A stretch of 64,000 bases of DNA, taken from assembly GCA_963850305.1 (NCBI GenBank), contig CAWKKR010000008.1, positions 736,001 through 800,000 of the forward strand, read 5' to 3'. The position numbers were made by a program, and so were the translations under genes. Each line of letters opens with the position of its first letter. The stretch's first letter is position 1. The stretch is from an uncultured delta proteobacterium. GTDB taxonomy: Bacteria; Myxococcota_A; Polyangia; Polyangiales; Polyangiaceae. This document shows positions 1-13,329 of this stretch, in pieces. The notes below the pieces were generated by a model, which was not told the DNA's origin, did not search any database, and saw nothing but the letters and a program-made list of their open reading frames with translations.

Positions 1-3000
1 TTGAGGCCGAAGAACGGAAGCTCCGCGCGGGAAGATGCGCGATGGATGGCTCTCGCCGCCAGTTCCTTGCCGGTGCCGCTCTCACCGGTGATGAGCACGG
101 GAACATCGGCTTCCTTGATCCGTTCGATGAGGGCGTAGACACGCCGCATGGCCGCGCTCGTGCCAACCAGGCCCTGGTAGCCGAAGTGCCCATAAAGCGT
201 GTCGCGGGCATCGCGGAGTTTCTGGCGGGCGCGCCGGAGCTGGGCCGTCCGATCGCCGAGTAACTCCTTGAGCTCGGCCTGTGCCTTCTTGAGCTCCTCA
301 TTTGCGGCGTGCAGGGCGTCGGCGCGGTCCGCATTTTCTCGTAAGAGCGTCGTGGTTTCGAGAGCGATACCGACCTGATCGGCAAATGCCTGGAGCGTCG
401 GCAGCTCGCGCTCGAAGTTGAAGCCGGCGCGGAGTCGGGTCTCCACGTATAGGGCACCGATTGCATCGCCCGCGCGCGCACGAATCGGCACGCAGGCGAC
501 GCTCTCGAGCGGAAGAACGTGCACGGACTTCGTGCCCAGAAAACGAGCATCGCCCTTGGCATTCACGGCGACGATGGGTTCCCCGCTGAGGACGACCCGC
601 TCCGCGACCGACCGAGAGAATTCGGCGTGAGCAGGGTCGCCGACGCGTGCGCGCGAGGTGTGAACGGCGAGCGCGCCGCTCGCGTCTCTGAGCAGCACGA
701 ACCCACGTTCGGCGCGTAGCATGTCGACGGCATGATCGGTCACCCTCGCCGCGAGACGGCCGAGGTCCACTTCCGTGAGAAGCTCCGCGTTGACCTCGAG
801 GATCCGCGCGAGCCGCCGCTCGAGAGGCGTCGTGGTGAGCGACGCGATTGATGACGTACCGGAGCCGAAGTCGATGCGCTCCGCCGGTGGTCCGCGCTGC
901 AGACGGGTCGGGGCAGCGCCCAGCGTCTCCGCGACGAGCGCACGTAGACGGCGGCGGCGCGGATCGTTCCAGAACACCTCGCGCAGGTCGCGCGGGAGCC
1001 GCGCCGCGATCTCCTCGAGAACGGCGAGGGCCTCCTCGCGATCGCGGCGCGCCGAGACGGGTTGCTCGGAGACGTCCGCGATCTCACTTCGTACCTCGAG
1101 TGCGCGCCAGACGAACTCTCGCTGCGTCGCTTCCCGAGCGGAATCGAGGGCGGTCGTCAGTTCCTTCCTCGCACGCTGCTCGTCACGCGACGCCCACGCG
1201 ACGCTGGCGCGCGCGAGCGCGAGCAACGGCCGGTGCGCGTGAGATCCACGGAGCTCGTTGCCGGCGCGCTCGACGAGCTTCGTCAGTGCGTCCGGGTCCG
1301 AGTCACCGGCGCGGGCTGCGACCAGAACCCCTTCGAGTCGCGCCTCGGCGGAATCGACGAAACGCCCGAGCTCGGCATACGCATCGGCGCACGCGGCGTA
1401 TGCGGATGCTGCCCGCGCGGTCTCGTCCGTCCGGCTCGCGAGCTCCGCCTCGAGACCGAGAAGCTGAGCCTGGGCGGCGCGGGGGAGATCCTGGCGTTGC
1501 GCGCCGAGCGCGTCGATGCTCGTCCTAGCGCGGGCCAGGCGGCCCAGGTAGAGGTCCGTGTTGGCGAGGTTCAAGAGCGCCTGTCGCAGCGTCGCGAGAC
1601 GTCCGGAGCGGCGCCCCATGTCGACCGCGGCCTCGAATCGCTCCATGGCGCCCGCGATGTCGCCGCTGATCTTCAACAGACACGCCAGGTTGAGGTGTGC
1701 CGTCCCGAGAACACCAGCGTCCCCTGCCTCCTCTGCCGCCGAGATGGCTCGCTCGTACGCCGCCCGCGCGCCGACAGCGTCGTCCGCTCGCTGAAGCACG
1801 GAACCGAGGCACGAGTTTGCCAGGGCTTCTATGCGCTTCGATCCCAGGGCGGCCGCGCGCGAAACGGCCTCATCGAGCGCGCCGCGAGCCGAGGCTTGGT
1901 CGCCCGTGTAGGCAAGGGCGAGTCCCCGGTATGCGAGCGCCTCCGCCGCGAAGGCGTCCGTGCCGCGACTCACGGCGTCCAGGAGTTCGAGCGCCGAGGC
2001 GTAGTCGCCTAGTCCGACCTGGGCGCGCCCGAGGCAGACGGCCCACGCCGATGCCGCGGGCGAGCCTGCCCGCGCCGACGCCAGCTCCGACACGCCGAGG
2101 AGTCGATCCCGCGCCGCCTGTGCGCTGCCGATGCCGAATTCGATGCGAGCCCAGGCGATCGCGAGCTCCAGCTCGTCCGCGTCTCGAAGGACCTCGAGCA
2201 CACATCGCGCGTCCGTGTAACGGCCGCGATCGAGGAGCGACACGGCCTGCGCCAGCGAGTCCCCGGGCAGTACCGACGCCGCCTCGTCGAAGTCGTTCAC
2301 GAGGTCCTCGAGATCCCGTTCGGATGCAACGGCGCGCCTGGCGGCACGGCGCACGAAGCGCCGGAGTTCCCCCGGCCGACCTTCGCAACGGTCGACGAGA
2401 CGGCGCGCGAGTCGATCGGTCAGGGACGGCAGAGCGCGGCGCACGAGCTCCAGCGATGCATGAACCGACAGCGGGGGAACGTCGAAGACCGGCCCCGGCC
2501 CGAGCTCCCCGACCACGACGAGGCGCGCTCCATCGGTCCGCGCGCGGAGCAACGCCGCCCGGCCCTCCGTAGCGACGCGCTCGAGGTCGTCGACCAGCAG
2601 CGTGATTCCGCGCATCGATGCGGCTCCGGAAAACTCGGCCTGCAACGCCGCGGCGTCGGGTCCCACGACATCGTCGATCCAGACGAGGGGACGTCCCTCG
2701 ACGCCGAGCGACCACGCCAGCCGGCGGAGGAGCACGCTGCGTCCCGATCCGGGCGCGCCACGGATCGAGAGCACCTGACCGTCGGCGAGGTCGCGGACCG
2801 TCGCCAGCAGGCGTTCCGCGATCGATTCGGTGCCGACGATCGGCCAGAGCTCGGCCGGCGCATTCCACGATGCTGCCGGCTCGCCCAGCTTCGCGGCGCG
2901 GCGCAGCGCGATCGCGAACTCGTCCGCGGAGGGAAAGCGGTCCTCCGCGCGAGCGGCGGTGGCGCGCGTGGCGACCGAACGCAGCTCGTCGCGCATTGCG

Positions 3001-3617
3001 TTCAGCGACGCGTCGAAAGCGTCGATCACTTCCCGGAGCGCGACGCCCAGCGCGTAGATCTCGGCCCGGACGGTCAACGGCTTTCCCTCGAACAGCTCCG
3101 GCGCAGCGTACTTCGGCGTGAGTCCCTCCGCGACGGTTCCCGCGGTTCGAAAGGGTGCCGCCAACCCGAGATCGACGAGTGTCGCTCGACCACCATCTTC
3201 GACGATGACGTTCGCGGGCTTCACGTCCCCGTGGAGCAGCCCCGCGCGATGCAGGAGCGTCAGCTGCTCCGCGGCCGCAGCGAGCGCGTCGAAGCAGCGC
3301 GCCGAGTCGGTGCGCTCGTCGATCCACTCCGCGAGGCTCCGCCCCTCGACGAGCTCGCGCACCATGAACGGACGTCCGTCACGCGGGAGGCGCCCGAACA
3401 GGAGCACGCGCGGCACGCCGAGCCCCTCGAGTCCCGAGAGCGTGACGGCTTCTCGGACCAGCGCGTTCATCTCACTCTCGGTCGCGTCCTCCGCGAGCAC
3501 CTTGAGCGCGCGAGGCTGGCCCGTGTGACGATCGCGCACCGCCCACACTTCGCCGCCGCCGCCCTTGCCCAGGCGCGACATCGGTTCGTACCGCGGCGGG
3601 AGCTCGAGCGCCGTCAC
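1..3617 (-). CDS. Ser/Thr kinase + NTPase-like + TPR-like + GAF + sigma54-interacting AAA+ fusion protein (runs off left edge)
   Basis: Manual translation from GTG 3617 gives [34 protein letters not shown] (Hanks kinase). In the same frame near the left edge: [20 protein letters not shown]...[11 protein letters not shown] (GAF), a coiled coil, and [21 protein letters not shown] (bEBP Walker A). It is absent from the ORF track because no stop codon falls in the window. I checked both ends for frame but not every internal codon. Confidence 0.85.
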   Translation of the reverse strand, partial: MTALELPPRYEPMSRLGKGGGGEVWAVRDRHTGQPRALKVLAEDATESEMNALVREAVTLSGLEGLGVPRVLLFGRLPRDGRPFMVRELVEGRSLAEWIDERTDSARCFDALAAAAEQLTLLHRAGLLHGDVKPANVIVEDGGRATLVDLGLAAPFRTAGTVAEGLTPKYAAPELFEGKPLTVRAEIYALGVALREVIDAFDASLNAMRDELRSVATRATAARAEDRFPSADEFAIALRRAAKLGEPAASWNAPAELWPIVGTESIAERLLATVRDLADGQVLSIRGAPGSGRSVLLRRLAWSLGVEGRPLVWIDDVVGPDAAALQAEFSGAASMRGITLLVDDLERVATEGRAALLRARTDGARLVVVGELGPGPVFDVPPLSVHASLELVRRALPSLTDRLARRLVDRCEGRPGELRRFVRRAARRAVASERDLEDLVNDFDEAASVLPGDSLAQAVSLLDRGRYTDARCVLEVLRDADELELAIAWARIEFGIGSAQAARDRLLGVSELASARAGSPAASAWAVCLGRAQVGLGDYASALELLDAVSRGTDAFAAEALAYRGLALAYTGDQASARGALDEAVSRAAALGSKRIEALANSCLGSVLQRADDAVGARAAYERAISAAEEAGDAGVLGTAHLNLACLLKISGDIAGAMERFEAAVDMGRRSGRLATLRQALLNLANTDLYLGRLARARTSIDALGAQRQDLPRAAQAQLLGLEAELASRTDETARAASAYAACADAYAELGRFVDSAEARLEGVLVAARAGDSDPDALTKLVERAGNELRGSHAHRPLLALARASVAWASRDEQRARKELTTALDSAREATQREFVWRALEVRSEIADVSEQPVSARRDREEALAVLEEIAARLPRDLREVFWNDPRRRRLRALVAETLGAAPTRLQRGPPAERIDFGSGTSSIASLTTTPLERRLARILEVNAELLTEVDLGRLAARVTDHAVDMLRAERGFVLLRDASGALAVHTSRARVGDPAHAEFSRSVAERVVLSGEPIVAVNAKGDARFLGTKSVHVLPLESVACVPIRARAGDAIGALYVETRLRAGFNFERELPTLQAFADQVGIALETTTLLRENADRADALHAANEELKKAQAELKELLGDRTAQLRRARQKLRDARDTLYGHFGYQGLVGTSAAMRRVYALIERIKEADVPVLITGESGTGKELAARAIHRASSRAELPFFGL

Positions 3618-3629
3618 CGTGCAAGTCGC

Positions 3630-4523
3630 TCAGAGCCCGTAATCGCCACCGAACCCGAAGAAGAAGCCGCTCGTGCCGAAGCCGAGATCCACGCGGCCCG
3701 CGAACTCCTTCGCCACCTTGAAGCGAAAGCCTGTCTGGAGCGTCAGCCAGGGGAAGACAATTGGCTTCGAGCCGCCGTTCGCCCAGCTCGGCTCGGACGA
3801 CCCGTAGTGCCCGGTGTTGTCGCAGTACGTTGGGTCAGGGTCGAACGGGCCGGCGCACTTGGAGTAGTTGTTCGGACTTTGACCCGTTGCGGTCGGGTAC
3901 GACTGAGTCCTGGTGAGATTGCCGAACACGAAGCCCAGGCCCGCACCGAGCCCGTAGTTCAGCGCAAACTCGGGGGTGAACTCATGACTCCAGAGAAAGT
4001 CCGAGGTCAGATAAAGAAGGTCGAGCTTCGAGTTGACGAGCTCCCAGGCGGTCTGGGGGTCGTTCTTCCCTTTGAACGCCGTGTCGCCCATGCTGTAGAA
4101 GGCGAGCCACGCGCTCAGGTTGTATTCGAAGCCGTCCTTGCGAATCGCAAACTCGGGGCCGATCCCGTTCACGTAGACGGTGCGCCCCCCCGACGCGAAC
4201 AGGTTCTCCATGAACTTCGGCACGACGATGCCGCGGTACCGCACGCCGACGAAGTAGTAGGTCTTCCCCGGAAGCTCGACGGCGGAATCGCCCGCCTGCG
4301 CTTCGGCGACCATCTCCTCCCTGTTCCTGTCGTCCGACTTCTTCTCGGAGGACGCCTTGGGTGCGGCGTCGCTCGCGGCTCCGGTCGCAGCAGAGTCGTC
4401 CTTCTCGGGCGCAGCGTCCGTGTCGCTACTGGAGTCCGCCGGCTCGGCGTGAACGATCGGCGCGAGTAGCGCACCCGCGACCACCAGAGACGACAACCTC
4501 GCCTTCGATATCAGACGCTCCAT
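3630..4523 (-). CDS. Secreted/outer-membrane beta-barrel-like hypothetical protein
   Basis: GGAGG RBS before ATG 4523, signal peptide (VHA-EP), alternating aromatic beta-strands, C-terminal FFFGFGGDYGL. Confidence 0.65.
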   Translation of the reverse strand: MERLISKARLSSLVVAGALLAPIVHAEPADSSSDTDAAPEKDDSAATGAASDAAPKASSEKKSDDRNREEMVAEAQAGDSAVELPGKTYYFVGVRYRGIVVPKFMENLFASGGRTVYVNGIGPEFAIRKDGFEYNLSAWLAFYSMGDTAFKGKNDPQTAWELVNSKLDLLYLTSDFLWSHEFTPEFALNYGLGAGLGFVFGNLTRTQSYPTATGQSPNNYSKCAGPFDPDPTYCDNTGHYGSSEPSWANGGSKPIVFPWLTLQTGFRFKVAKEFAGRVDLGFGTSGFFFGFGGDYGL

Positions 4524-4645
4524 GTCGATCCTCCCGTTCCCGCAGCGGTCGCCGCGTAGCTCGCGACACGGCGGGACAAAAGACTCAAGGCGGGCGCATT
4601 CTGCCATGGCCTTCCGCCGCGAGTACACGGCCAAATTGGGCGCCG

Positions 4646-4918
4646 TCAGCGACCCGACGCGGCTTCCTGGAGCTTCGCGAGCTCGCGCTCCAGGCGCTTG
4701 ACCGTTCGCTGGAGGTCTTTCATGTCCTCGGCCGTGGCGAGCCGGAGCGCACTCGCCAGGTGCTTCGCCTGCTCGCTGGTGAAGGAATTGACCTTCCCCG
4801 GGACCTGGATGGCGGTCATGAGCACCTTCGTGAACTGCGGGTTTTGCATGAGCTTCATGACACGCGGATCGCCCATCATCTGCATCCCGCGCTTCATCAT
4901 CTCGTCTTTGATGCCCAT
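4646..4918 (-). CDS. Small Met-rich helical hypothetical protein with C-terminal coiled coil
   Basis: 90-aa ORF with typical codon usage; DPRVMKLMQNPQF motif and LATAEDMKDLQRTVKRLERELAKL heptads. Confidence 0.7.
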   Translation of the reverse strand: MGIKDEMMKRGMQMMGDPRVMKLMQNPQFTKVLMTAIQVPGKVNSFTSEQAKHLASALRLATAEDMKDLQRTVKRLERELAKLQEAASGR

Positions 4919-5031
4919 ATGCTCACCTTCCCCGACAAGGGGGCCTTTCGCCGCGCGTCATAACATAGGCAAGCGTCGTCGCGAGAGATCGGACGCTCGA
5001 AAGATGCCCGCGTTCGCGATAAGCTGGAGAC

Positions 5032-5493
5032 GTGCGGGTAGCGATTCTCGCGGGTATGTGCGTGGCGAACCTCGGGATCGGGTTTGGCTGCAGCCCTTAT
5101 GTCGATCGCGGCGAGACCCTTTATCGCGAGGGCCGCTACGTGGAGGCGGCCGAGGTTTTCGAGCTGACCGAGCAGCGACTCGCATCGTCTTCGCCCAGCG
5201 TGCGGGCGGAGTATGGCCTGTTTCGCGGAATGACGTTTCTGCGGCTCGACGACCTGACCAGCGCACGACGGTGGCTCGGCTACGCCGGCGCCCTCGAACA
5301 GAATGACCCCGAGCTGTTCGAGGGGACGAAGCTCGCGCTGCTGGAGCGCGCGTGGGCGGAGCTCGACCAGCGCTCCCGCGCGGTCCCGCCCAACGTCGGC
5401 GACCCGCCGAGACTCGCGACCGAAGAACCGGCGAGCACGGGGCTCGTCGCCGGCCCGGCCGCCAACGGACGGCGCGCCGTGGCGCCGCAATAG
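5032..5493 (+). CDS. Putative lipoprotein with TPR-like helices
   Basis: Hydrophobic N-terminus ending in GFGC; GETLYREGRYVEAAEVF TPR-like helix. Confidence 0.65.
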   Translation: MRVAILAGMCVANLGIGFGCSPYVDRGETLYREGRYVEAAEVFELTEQRLASSSPSVRAEYGLFRGMTFLRLDDLTSARRWLGYAGALEQNDPELFEGTKLALLERAWAELDQRSRAVPPNVGDPPRLATEEPASTGLVAGPAANGRRAVAPQ

Positions 5494-5563
5494 TTCTCGA
5501 GCATCGGGCTCCGGCGGAGGCGCTCTGAGCCGGCAACGGTGATGCTACGATGCGACCACGCAC

Positions 5564-6181
5564 GTGGTGGACGCACGCGGAGTCGGGCCGAGAGCCGTCG
5601 TATTGGGCGCGCTCGTTTTCTTGGCGGTACCCGCGCGGGCGTCGTGCTTCGACGGGGTGAAGAACGGCCCCGAAAGCGACGTGGACTGCGGCGGAGATTG
5701 CCCGGCGTGCGAGCGCGGCCAATCGTGCGGCGTTCCCGACGATTGCTATAGCGGGCGATGCGCGGAAGGGCTCTGCGCCGAACAGGAACGTGAGCCCGGC
5801 GAAGCCGTTCCGGACGGGTATCGCGTCGAGCCGAGCGAGGCGGACAGCGCTGCCATCACGCGAACGATCGGCTGGATCTCCCTCGGGGTGGGGTACGGCG
5901 CGGCGTATGCGTCGGAGCTCTCCCTTCCGGGACAGCTCGGCTGGTTGCTCGCTCCGGTGGTCGGACCGTGGATCAAGGTGGCGGATTCCTCCCAGGAGCG
6001 GCGTGGACTGATCGCGGTCGACGGTCTCTTCCAGACGGTGGGCGCCGCGCTCGTGGTCGGAGGCATCGTCGCGAGTGGCGAGCAGCTCGTTCGCGACGCG
6101 CCGACTCGCGTGAGCTGGGACGTCACTCCGATGCTCGCCGGCAAGGACGGCTGCGGCGTGTGGGTCGTGGGGACCTTCTGA
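5564..6181 (+). CDS. Secreted Cys-rich protein (CxDGxKNGxESDVDCGG repeat) with C-terminal membrane segments
   Basis: Signal peptide ARA-S, CFDGVKNGPESDVDCGGDC motif, hydrophobic helices, terminal GTF. Confidence 0.65.
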   Translation: MVDARGVGPRAVVLGALVFLAVPARASCFDGVKNGPESDVDCGGDCPACERGQSCGVPDDCYSGRCAEGLCAEQEREPGEAVPDGYRVEPSEADSAAITRTIGWISLGVGYGAAYASELSLPGQLGWLLAPVVGPWIKVADSSQERRGLIAVDGLFQTVGAALVVGGIVASGEQLVRDAPTRVSWDVTPMLAGKDGCGVWVVGTF

Positions 6182-6216
6182 CGAGCGAATGCGCCGGTTC
6201 GGAGCGTCGTTCGCCT

Positions 6217-7326
6217 TCAGTGATAGGTCGCCGACAGGAGTAGCGCAGGGGCGTAGGCCTGGTGACTCCAACCAACGCCCCGATTGTCCGTGCCCTTGGT
6301 GGTGCCGTAAATGAAGCGCCCGAGGAGCCCCAGACTCCACTGGTCTCCAATCCACCACTCGTACCCCGTACCGAGCATGAACCCGAACCCGACCGAGGCG
6401 TTCGCCTGCGCCTGGGCTCCCTCGACGCGGGGTTCACCTACTCCGGCAACGTAGGTTGCCACACCCGGGCTGGCTTCGACGTGAAAGCCGGACTTCGGAT
6501 CGACGTACCAATCGACGAGCGGGCCCGCGACGACGAGCTGCGATACGCGAAACGCATAGTCCCCCGTACTCGGGTCCTTGACGGAGGCCACGAGCCCCGT
6601 GATCGTCGCGGTGTAGACCCCGGCGCCCAGCACGAACCCCGGTAAGGGCGTGAATCCGACGGCAACTTCCGTCACGGGGGCAAGGCCCGACCCCGATCCG
6701 TCGAGTGGCTCGGCCGCGAACGACAGCTCGCGTGTCGTCGGCAAAACCTTGTCCGATTGCATCGCGTCGCGACCGATGCCGATGCCGCCCGCGAAGCGGA
6801 AGTAAAACCCGTCGTGGCGACGGCGCGACGCATCCGCGAGGCGCACGTAGGCCGGACGCGATGCACCGGCGTTAGTGGTCGGCGTCGGAAAGGTTCGCTG
6901 ATAGGCGCCGAACGATTGCTGATAGCGACGCTGCTCCGCCGCCAGCGAACCCGGCGGCGGCGGATATCCGTACGGATATCCGGGAGGGTACGGAGAGCCG
7001 CCTTGCGGGTAGCCCTGAGTGGGTGCGGGATAGGGCGGAGGCGAGTAGGGTGCGGGTGCGGGATAGGGCGGAGGCGAGTAGGATGCGGGTGCGGGATAGG
7101 GCGGAGGCGAGTAGGGTGCGGGCGCGGGTGCAGGTGCGGGATAGGGCGGAGGTGCGAGGCGCGGCGGCGGGGACGGGGTACTGCCGGGGACGGGTGGGAA
7201 GCCCGCGGTGCTCTGGGCCGCCGCGACTGGCGCCAGCACGAGGATCACGGCGAACGAAAGAACGCGAGCGCCGCCCCTGGACAGACCCCGGATCAAGACC
7301 AGCCTTTCGCGTTTCTCACTGACCAA
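6217..7326 (-). CDS. Pro/Tyr-rich linker plus outer-membrane beta-barrel protein
   Basis: Signal peptide, (PAPYSPPPY)n repeats, HDGFYFRFAGGIG...GYEWWIGDQWSLG, terminal SATYH. Confidence 0.7.
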   Translation of the reverse strand: MVSEKRERLVLIRGLSRGGARVLSFAVILVLAPVAAAQSTAGFPPVPGSTPSPPPRLAPPPYPAPAPAPAPYSPPPYPAPASYSPPPYPAPAPYSPPPYPAPTQGYPQGGSPYPPGYPYGYPPPPGSLAAEQRRYQQSFGAYQRTFPTPTTNAGASRPAYVRLADASRRRHDGFYFRFAGGIGIGRDAMQSDKVLPTTRELSFAAEPLDGSGSGLAPVTEVAVGFTPLPGFVLGAGVYTATITGLVASVKDPSTGDYAFRVSQLVVAGPLVDWYVDPKSGFHVEASPGVATYVAGVGEPRVEGAQAQANASVGFGFMLGTGYEWWIGDQWSLGLLGRFIYGTTKGTDNRGVGWSHQAYAPALLLSATYH

Positions 7327-7384
7327 TACCGCGCCGAGCCCCGCTGGCCGCGTCAGGGACGAGGCCCTCGCGACCGACGCGAGT

Positions 7385-9478
<2,094 letters not shown>

Positions 9479-9546
9479 GCTGTTTGCTTTCCGGGTTCGA
9501 GTTTCGGTGATCGAACATGAACCATAGCTTGGATCCGGCGCTGGCG

Positions 9547-11022
9547 TCAGGGCGCGATTCCGCCCTCCGTCTCCAGCCTCAGCTTCGAGTGCTTTCGCCC
9601 GTAGCTTGCGTAGAAGACGAGCCCGAGGGCCATCCAGCCGAAGAGCCGGAACAGCGTGAACGTCGTCGCGGTGTAGAGAAGGAGGCCGGAGCTGAGCGCG
9701 CCGCAGATCGGCACGAGGTAGGTTCCGCCCGGCACCCGGAAAGCGCGCGGCACGTCGGGATGGGTGCGGCGCAGGATCATCACGCCGAGGCTAACGAGCA
9801 CGAAGGCGAACAGAGTCCCCACGGACGTCAGCTCGCCGAGGAAGTCGATCGGCAAGAGCCCGCCCGCAAGCGCGCACCCGATGCCCGCACCGATGGTCGT
9901 CACGTACGGCGTGCCGAACCGGGGGTGCACCTGCGCCGCGAACGCGGGGAAGAGCCCGTCGTGGGCCATCGAATAAAAGATGCGCGGCTGACCGAGCAAG
10001 AGCACGACCATCACCGACGAAAGTCCGGCGATGGCGCCGACCTCGACCAGCGTCGTGAGCCATCCGATCCCGGTGACCGAGATGCCGACGGCGATCGGCT
10101 GCGGCACGTTCAGCCGGGTGTACGAGACGACGCCCGTGAGAACCACCGAGACGGCGATGTAGAGCACCGTGCAGATCGCGAGCGACGCGAGAATGCCGAT
10201 GGGGAGATCTCTCTTGGGGTTGCGGGTCTCCTGCGCGGCGGTGCTCACCGCGTCGAAGCCGATGTACGCGAAGAAGACCTTCGTCGCCCCCTGGAGGATG
10301 CCCGAAGCGCCGAACTCGCCGAACGTTCCGGTGTTGGGCGGAATGAACGGATGCCAGTTCGAGCGCTTCACGAACGGCGCCGCGCACACGACGAACAAGC
10401 AGACGATGACGACCTTCACGAAGACGATCGCCGAGTTGAACCGCGCGCTCTCCTTGATCCCGACGACGAGAATGACGGTCACCGCGAGCGAGACGAAGAC
10501 CGCGGGAAGATTCAGGACGGCGCCCGTCGGGCGAAAGTCGTGCGCCGACTCCACCCAGACGATGGGGGCGCTCGTCCACGCCTTCGGGAGATCGATGCCG
10601 AGCGCGCTGTCGAAGAACGAGACGACGTACCCCGACCATCCGGCGCTCACGGTCGCGGCGCCGACCAGGTACTCGAGGATCAAGTCCCAGCCGATGATCC
10701 ACGCGACGAGCTCGCCCATGGTCGCGTAGGCGTACGTGTACGCGCTCCCGGCCACGGGAATCATCGAGGCCATCTCCGCGTAGCAGAGCCCGGCGAAGCC
10801 CGACGCGACGCCCGCGACGATGAACGAGAGAGCGACGGCGGGCCCCGCGTTCTTCGCGGCGGCCGTGCCCGTGAGCACGAAGATCCCCGTACCGATGATC
10901 GCCCCGATGCCGAGCATCGTGAGATCGAAGGCCCCGAGGGACCGCTTGAGCTGGTGGTGCGTGCCCCCCGCATCCTCGCGGAGTTGATCGACCGACTTCG
11001 TCCGAAGGAGCGGGCTGCTCAT
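9547..11022 (-). CDS. APC-family amino acid permease (cationic amino acid transporter type)
   Basis: [47 protein letters not shown]; about 12 TM helices. Confidence 0.93.
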   Translation of the reverse strand: MSSPLLRTKSVDQLREDAGGTHHQLKRSLGAFDLTMLGIGAIIGTGIFVLTGTAAAKNAGPAVALSFIVAGVASGFAGLCYAEMASMIPVAGSAYTYAYATMGELVAWIIGWDLILEYLVGAATVSAGWSGYVVSFFDSALGIDLPKAWTSAPIVWVESAHDFRPTGAVLNLPAVFVSLAVTVILVVGIKESARFNSAIVFVKVVIVCLFVVCAAPFVKRSNWHPFIPPNTGTFGEFGASGILQGATKVFFAYIGFDAVSTAAQETRNPKRDLPIGILASLAICTVLYIAVSVVLTGVVSYTRLNVPQPIAVGISVTGIGWLTTLVEVGAIAGLSSVMVVLLLGQPRIFYSMAHDGLFPAFAAQVHPRFGTPYVTTIGAGIGCALAGGLLPIDFLGELTSVGTLFAFVLVSLGVMILRRTHPDVPRAFRVPGGTYLVPICGALSSGLLLYTATTFTLFRLFGWMALGLVFYASYGRKHSKLRLETEGGIAP

Positions 11023-11060
11023 CCAAGGCTCGCGTTACGAGCCCAATCTATCAAGCTTTG

Positions 11061-13175
11061 TCAGAGGCCGAGCAACTTCAGGAGCATGCCGCCGTGATGC
11101 TCGAAGAACGGGGCGAAAACGAGGCTGAGGATGGCCATGAGCTTCATGAGGATGTTGAGCGACGGACCCGACGTGTCCTTGAACGGATCGCCGACGGTAT
11201 CGCCCACGACCGCGGCCTTGTGTGTGTCCGACCCTTTTCCGCCGTGATTCCCGGATTCGATGTACTTCTTGGCGTTGTCCCACGCGCCGCCCGCGTTCGA
11301 CGAGGCAAGGGCCATGACCACGCCCGACACCATCGACCCGGCGAGCACTCCCGCCAGCGCGTCCACGCCGAACAGCGTGCCGACGAGGATCGGAGTCGCG
11401 ATGACGAGCACGGCTGGCTTCACCATTTCCTTCAGGGCCGCGATCGTCGAAATGGAAACGCAGCTCGCGTAGTCGGGGCGCCCCGTGCCGTCCATGAGAC
11501 CCGGGATCGTCCGGAACTGACGGCGCACTTCCTCGACCATGCCCAGCGCGGCCTTGCCGACGGCCTTCATGGTGTACGCCGTGAAGAGGAACGGGAGCAC
11601 ACCGCCGACGAGGAGGCCCGCGAAGACCGTCGGGGAGAGGATATCGAGGCTGTCCACGTGGGAACGCGTCAGGAAGGCCGCGAAGAGCGCGAGCGCCGTG
11701 AGCATCGCGCTGCCGATGGCAAAGCCTTTGCCGATCGCGGCCGTCGTGTTGCCCGCGGCGTCGAGCGTGTCCGTGCGCCTTCGGATCTCCGGTCCGAGGT
11801 GCGCCATCTCCGCGATGCCGCCCGCGTTGTCGGAGACCGGACCGTAGGCGTCGATGGTGAGCCCTATCGGGATTGTGGAGATCATACCGATCGCGGCCAT
11901 CGCGATACCGTACATGCCGGCGAGGTGGAACGAGACGTAGACCGTGACCGCGAGCGCGATGACCGGGATGAACGAGGATTCGTACCCGAGCGAGAGCCCG
12001 TAGATGATGTTCGTCGCGGGCCCGGTGCGGGACGCGTCCGCGACTTCGCGAACGGGCGTGTAAGCGTGGGACGTGTAGTACTCGGTCACGTAGCCGATGA
12101 GCAAACCCGACCACAGTCCGGCCAGCACCGAGACGAGCACCCCGCTGCGAGTGACGGTGCGCCCGGCGAGAGTGAACGAGTCCACCATCGCGTACTGAGT
12201 GACGAAGTAGATCGCGACGCTCATGAGGGCCGTCGACAGGACGAGCTGCTTCTTCAGCGCCGGCTCGGCCGACTTCGCGTCGTCGGCGAGGCCGGCGAAG
12301 GCCGCGGTGAGCAAACAGACGGGAATGCCGGTGGCCGTGACGAGGATGGGATAGAGGAGCGCGCTTTGCCGCCCCACGATCTCGGTCGCGCTCGCGCCGA
12401 TGAGGAGCGCCGCGCAGGTCCCCTCCGCGCAGGAACCGAAGAGATCCGCTCCCATGCCGGCAATGTCGCCGACGTTGTCCCCGACGTTGTCCGCGATGAC
12501 GGCGGGATTTCGCGGGTCGTCTTCCGGAATGCCCTGCTCGATCTTGCCGACGAGATCGGCGCCGACGTCGGCGGCCTTCGTGTAGATCCCGCCGCCGACG
12601 CGGCCGAAAAGGGCGACCGTCGACCCGCCCAGCCCGAACCCCGCGAGCATGTCCATGAGGAGCGGCGCGTCCTGGATGTAGACCGCGAACAGAAGATAGA
12701 CGCTCGTCAGCCCGATGAGCACGAGCCCGACGAGGCCGAAGCCCATGACGGCGCCCGAGTTGAACGCGACGCGGAAGGCGTCGCTCATGCTCTTCTGCGC
12801 CATGACGGTCGTGCGAACGTTGCCGGCCGTCGCGATGCGCATGCCGAGAAACGCGCAGGCGCTCGACGTCACTGCGCCGCTGAGGAACGCACCGGCGCTG
12901 AACAGCCCCTGGTTCAGCGGGCTCGCGGCGTCGTTCAGGAGGAAGAGCATCAGGAGGGCGAAGACGCCGGCGAAGATGGCGACGTACCGGTACTCCTTCG
13001 ACAAGAAGGCCATCGCCCCCTCGCTGATGGCGGTCGAAATCTCCTTCAGCTTGGCCGTCGCCTCTGCGCTCGCGCCCGAGCCCTCGATGGAAATGGCCAT
13101 GACGGCGCGCGAGTAGAAGAAGGCAGCCACGAGCGCCAGTCCGGCGCACCCGAAGATCGCGAAGATCACCAACAA
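11061..13175 (-). CDS. hppA: Membrane-bound ion-translocating pyrophosphatase, K+-dependent type
   Basis: [73 protein letters not shown]. Confidence 0.95.
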   Translation of the reverse strand: MLVIFAIFGCAGLALVAAFFYSRAVMAISIEGSGASAEATAKLKEISTAISEGAMAFLSKEYRYVAIFAGVFALLMLFLLNDAASPLNQGLFSAGAFLSGAVTSSACAFLGMRIATAGNVRTTVMAQKSMSDAFRVAFNSGAVMGFGLVGLVLIGLTSVYLLFAVYIQDAPLLMDMLAGFGLGGSTVALFGRVGGGIYTKAADVGADLVGKIEQGIPEDDPRNPAVIADNVGDNVGDIAGMGADLFGSCAEGTCAALLIGASATEIVGRQSALLYPILVTATGIPVCLLTAAFAGLADDAKSAEPALKKQLVLSTALMSVAIYFVTQYAMVDSFTLAGRTVTRSGVLVSVLAGLWSGLLIGYVTEYYTSHAYTPVREVADASRTGPATNIIYGLSLGYESSFIPVIALAVTVYVSFHLAGMYGIAMAAIGMISTIPIGLTIDAYGPVSDNAGGIAEMAHLGPEIRRRTDTLDAAGNTTAAIGKGFAIGSAMLTALALFAAFLTRSHVDSLDILSPTVFAGLLVGGVLPFLFTAYTMKAVGKAALGMVEEVRRQFRTIPGLMDGTGRPDYASCVSISTIAALKEMVKPAVLVIATPILVGTLFGVDALAGVLAGSMVSGVVMALASSNAGGAWDNAKKYIESGNHGGKGSDTHKAAVVGDTVGDPFKDTSGPSLNILMKLMAILSLVFAPFFEHHGGMLLKLLGL

Positions 13176-13329
13176 TACCTCCCTGGCCCTGTCCCCTGGA
13201 AACGGTGGGGAACCGGGACCAGCGGTCGGCCGTCATCTACGCGAGGCACGTCTCCGCCGTCAACGAAGATGGCGAGGGACGGGGCCCGCGATGGGCAGAT
13301 TGAGCGGGATGCGGGCCCCTGGCGCATGT

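Noticed and set aside
2460..4469. Long antisense ORFs such as 2460-4469, 9517-11097, 11058-13358 and 37742-40201
   Set aside because: Shadow ORFs of high-GC genes that have clear family motifs on the opposite strand.
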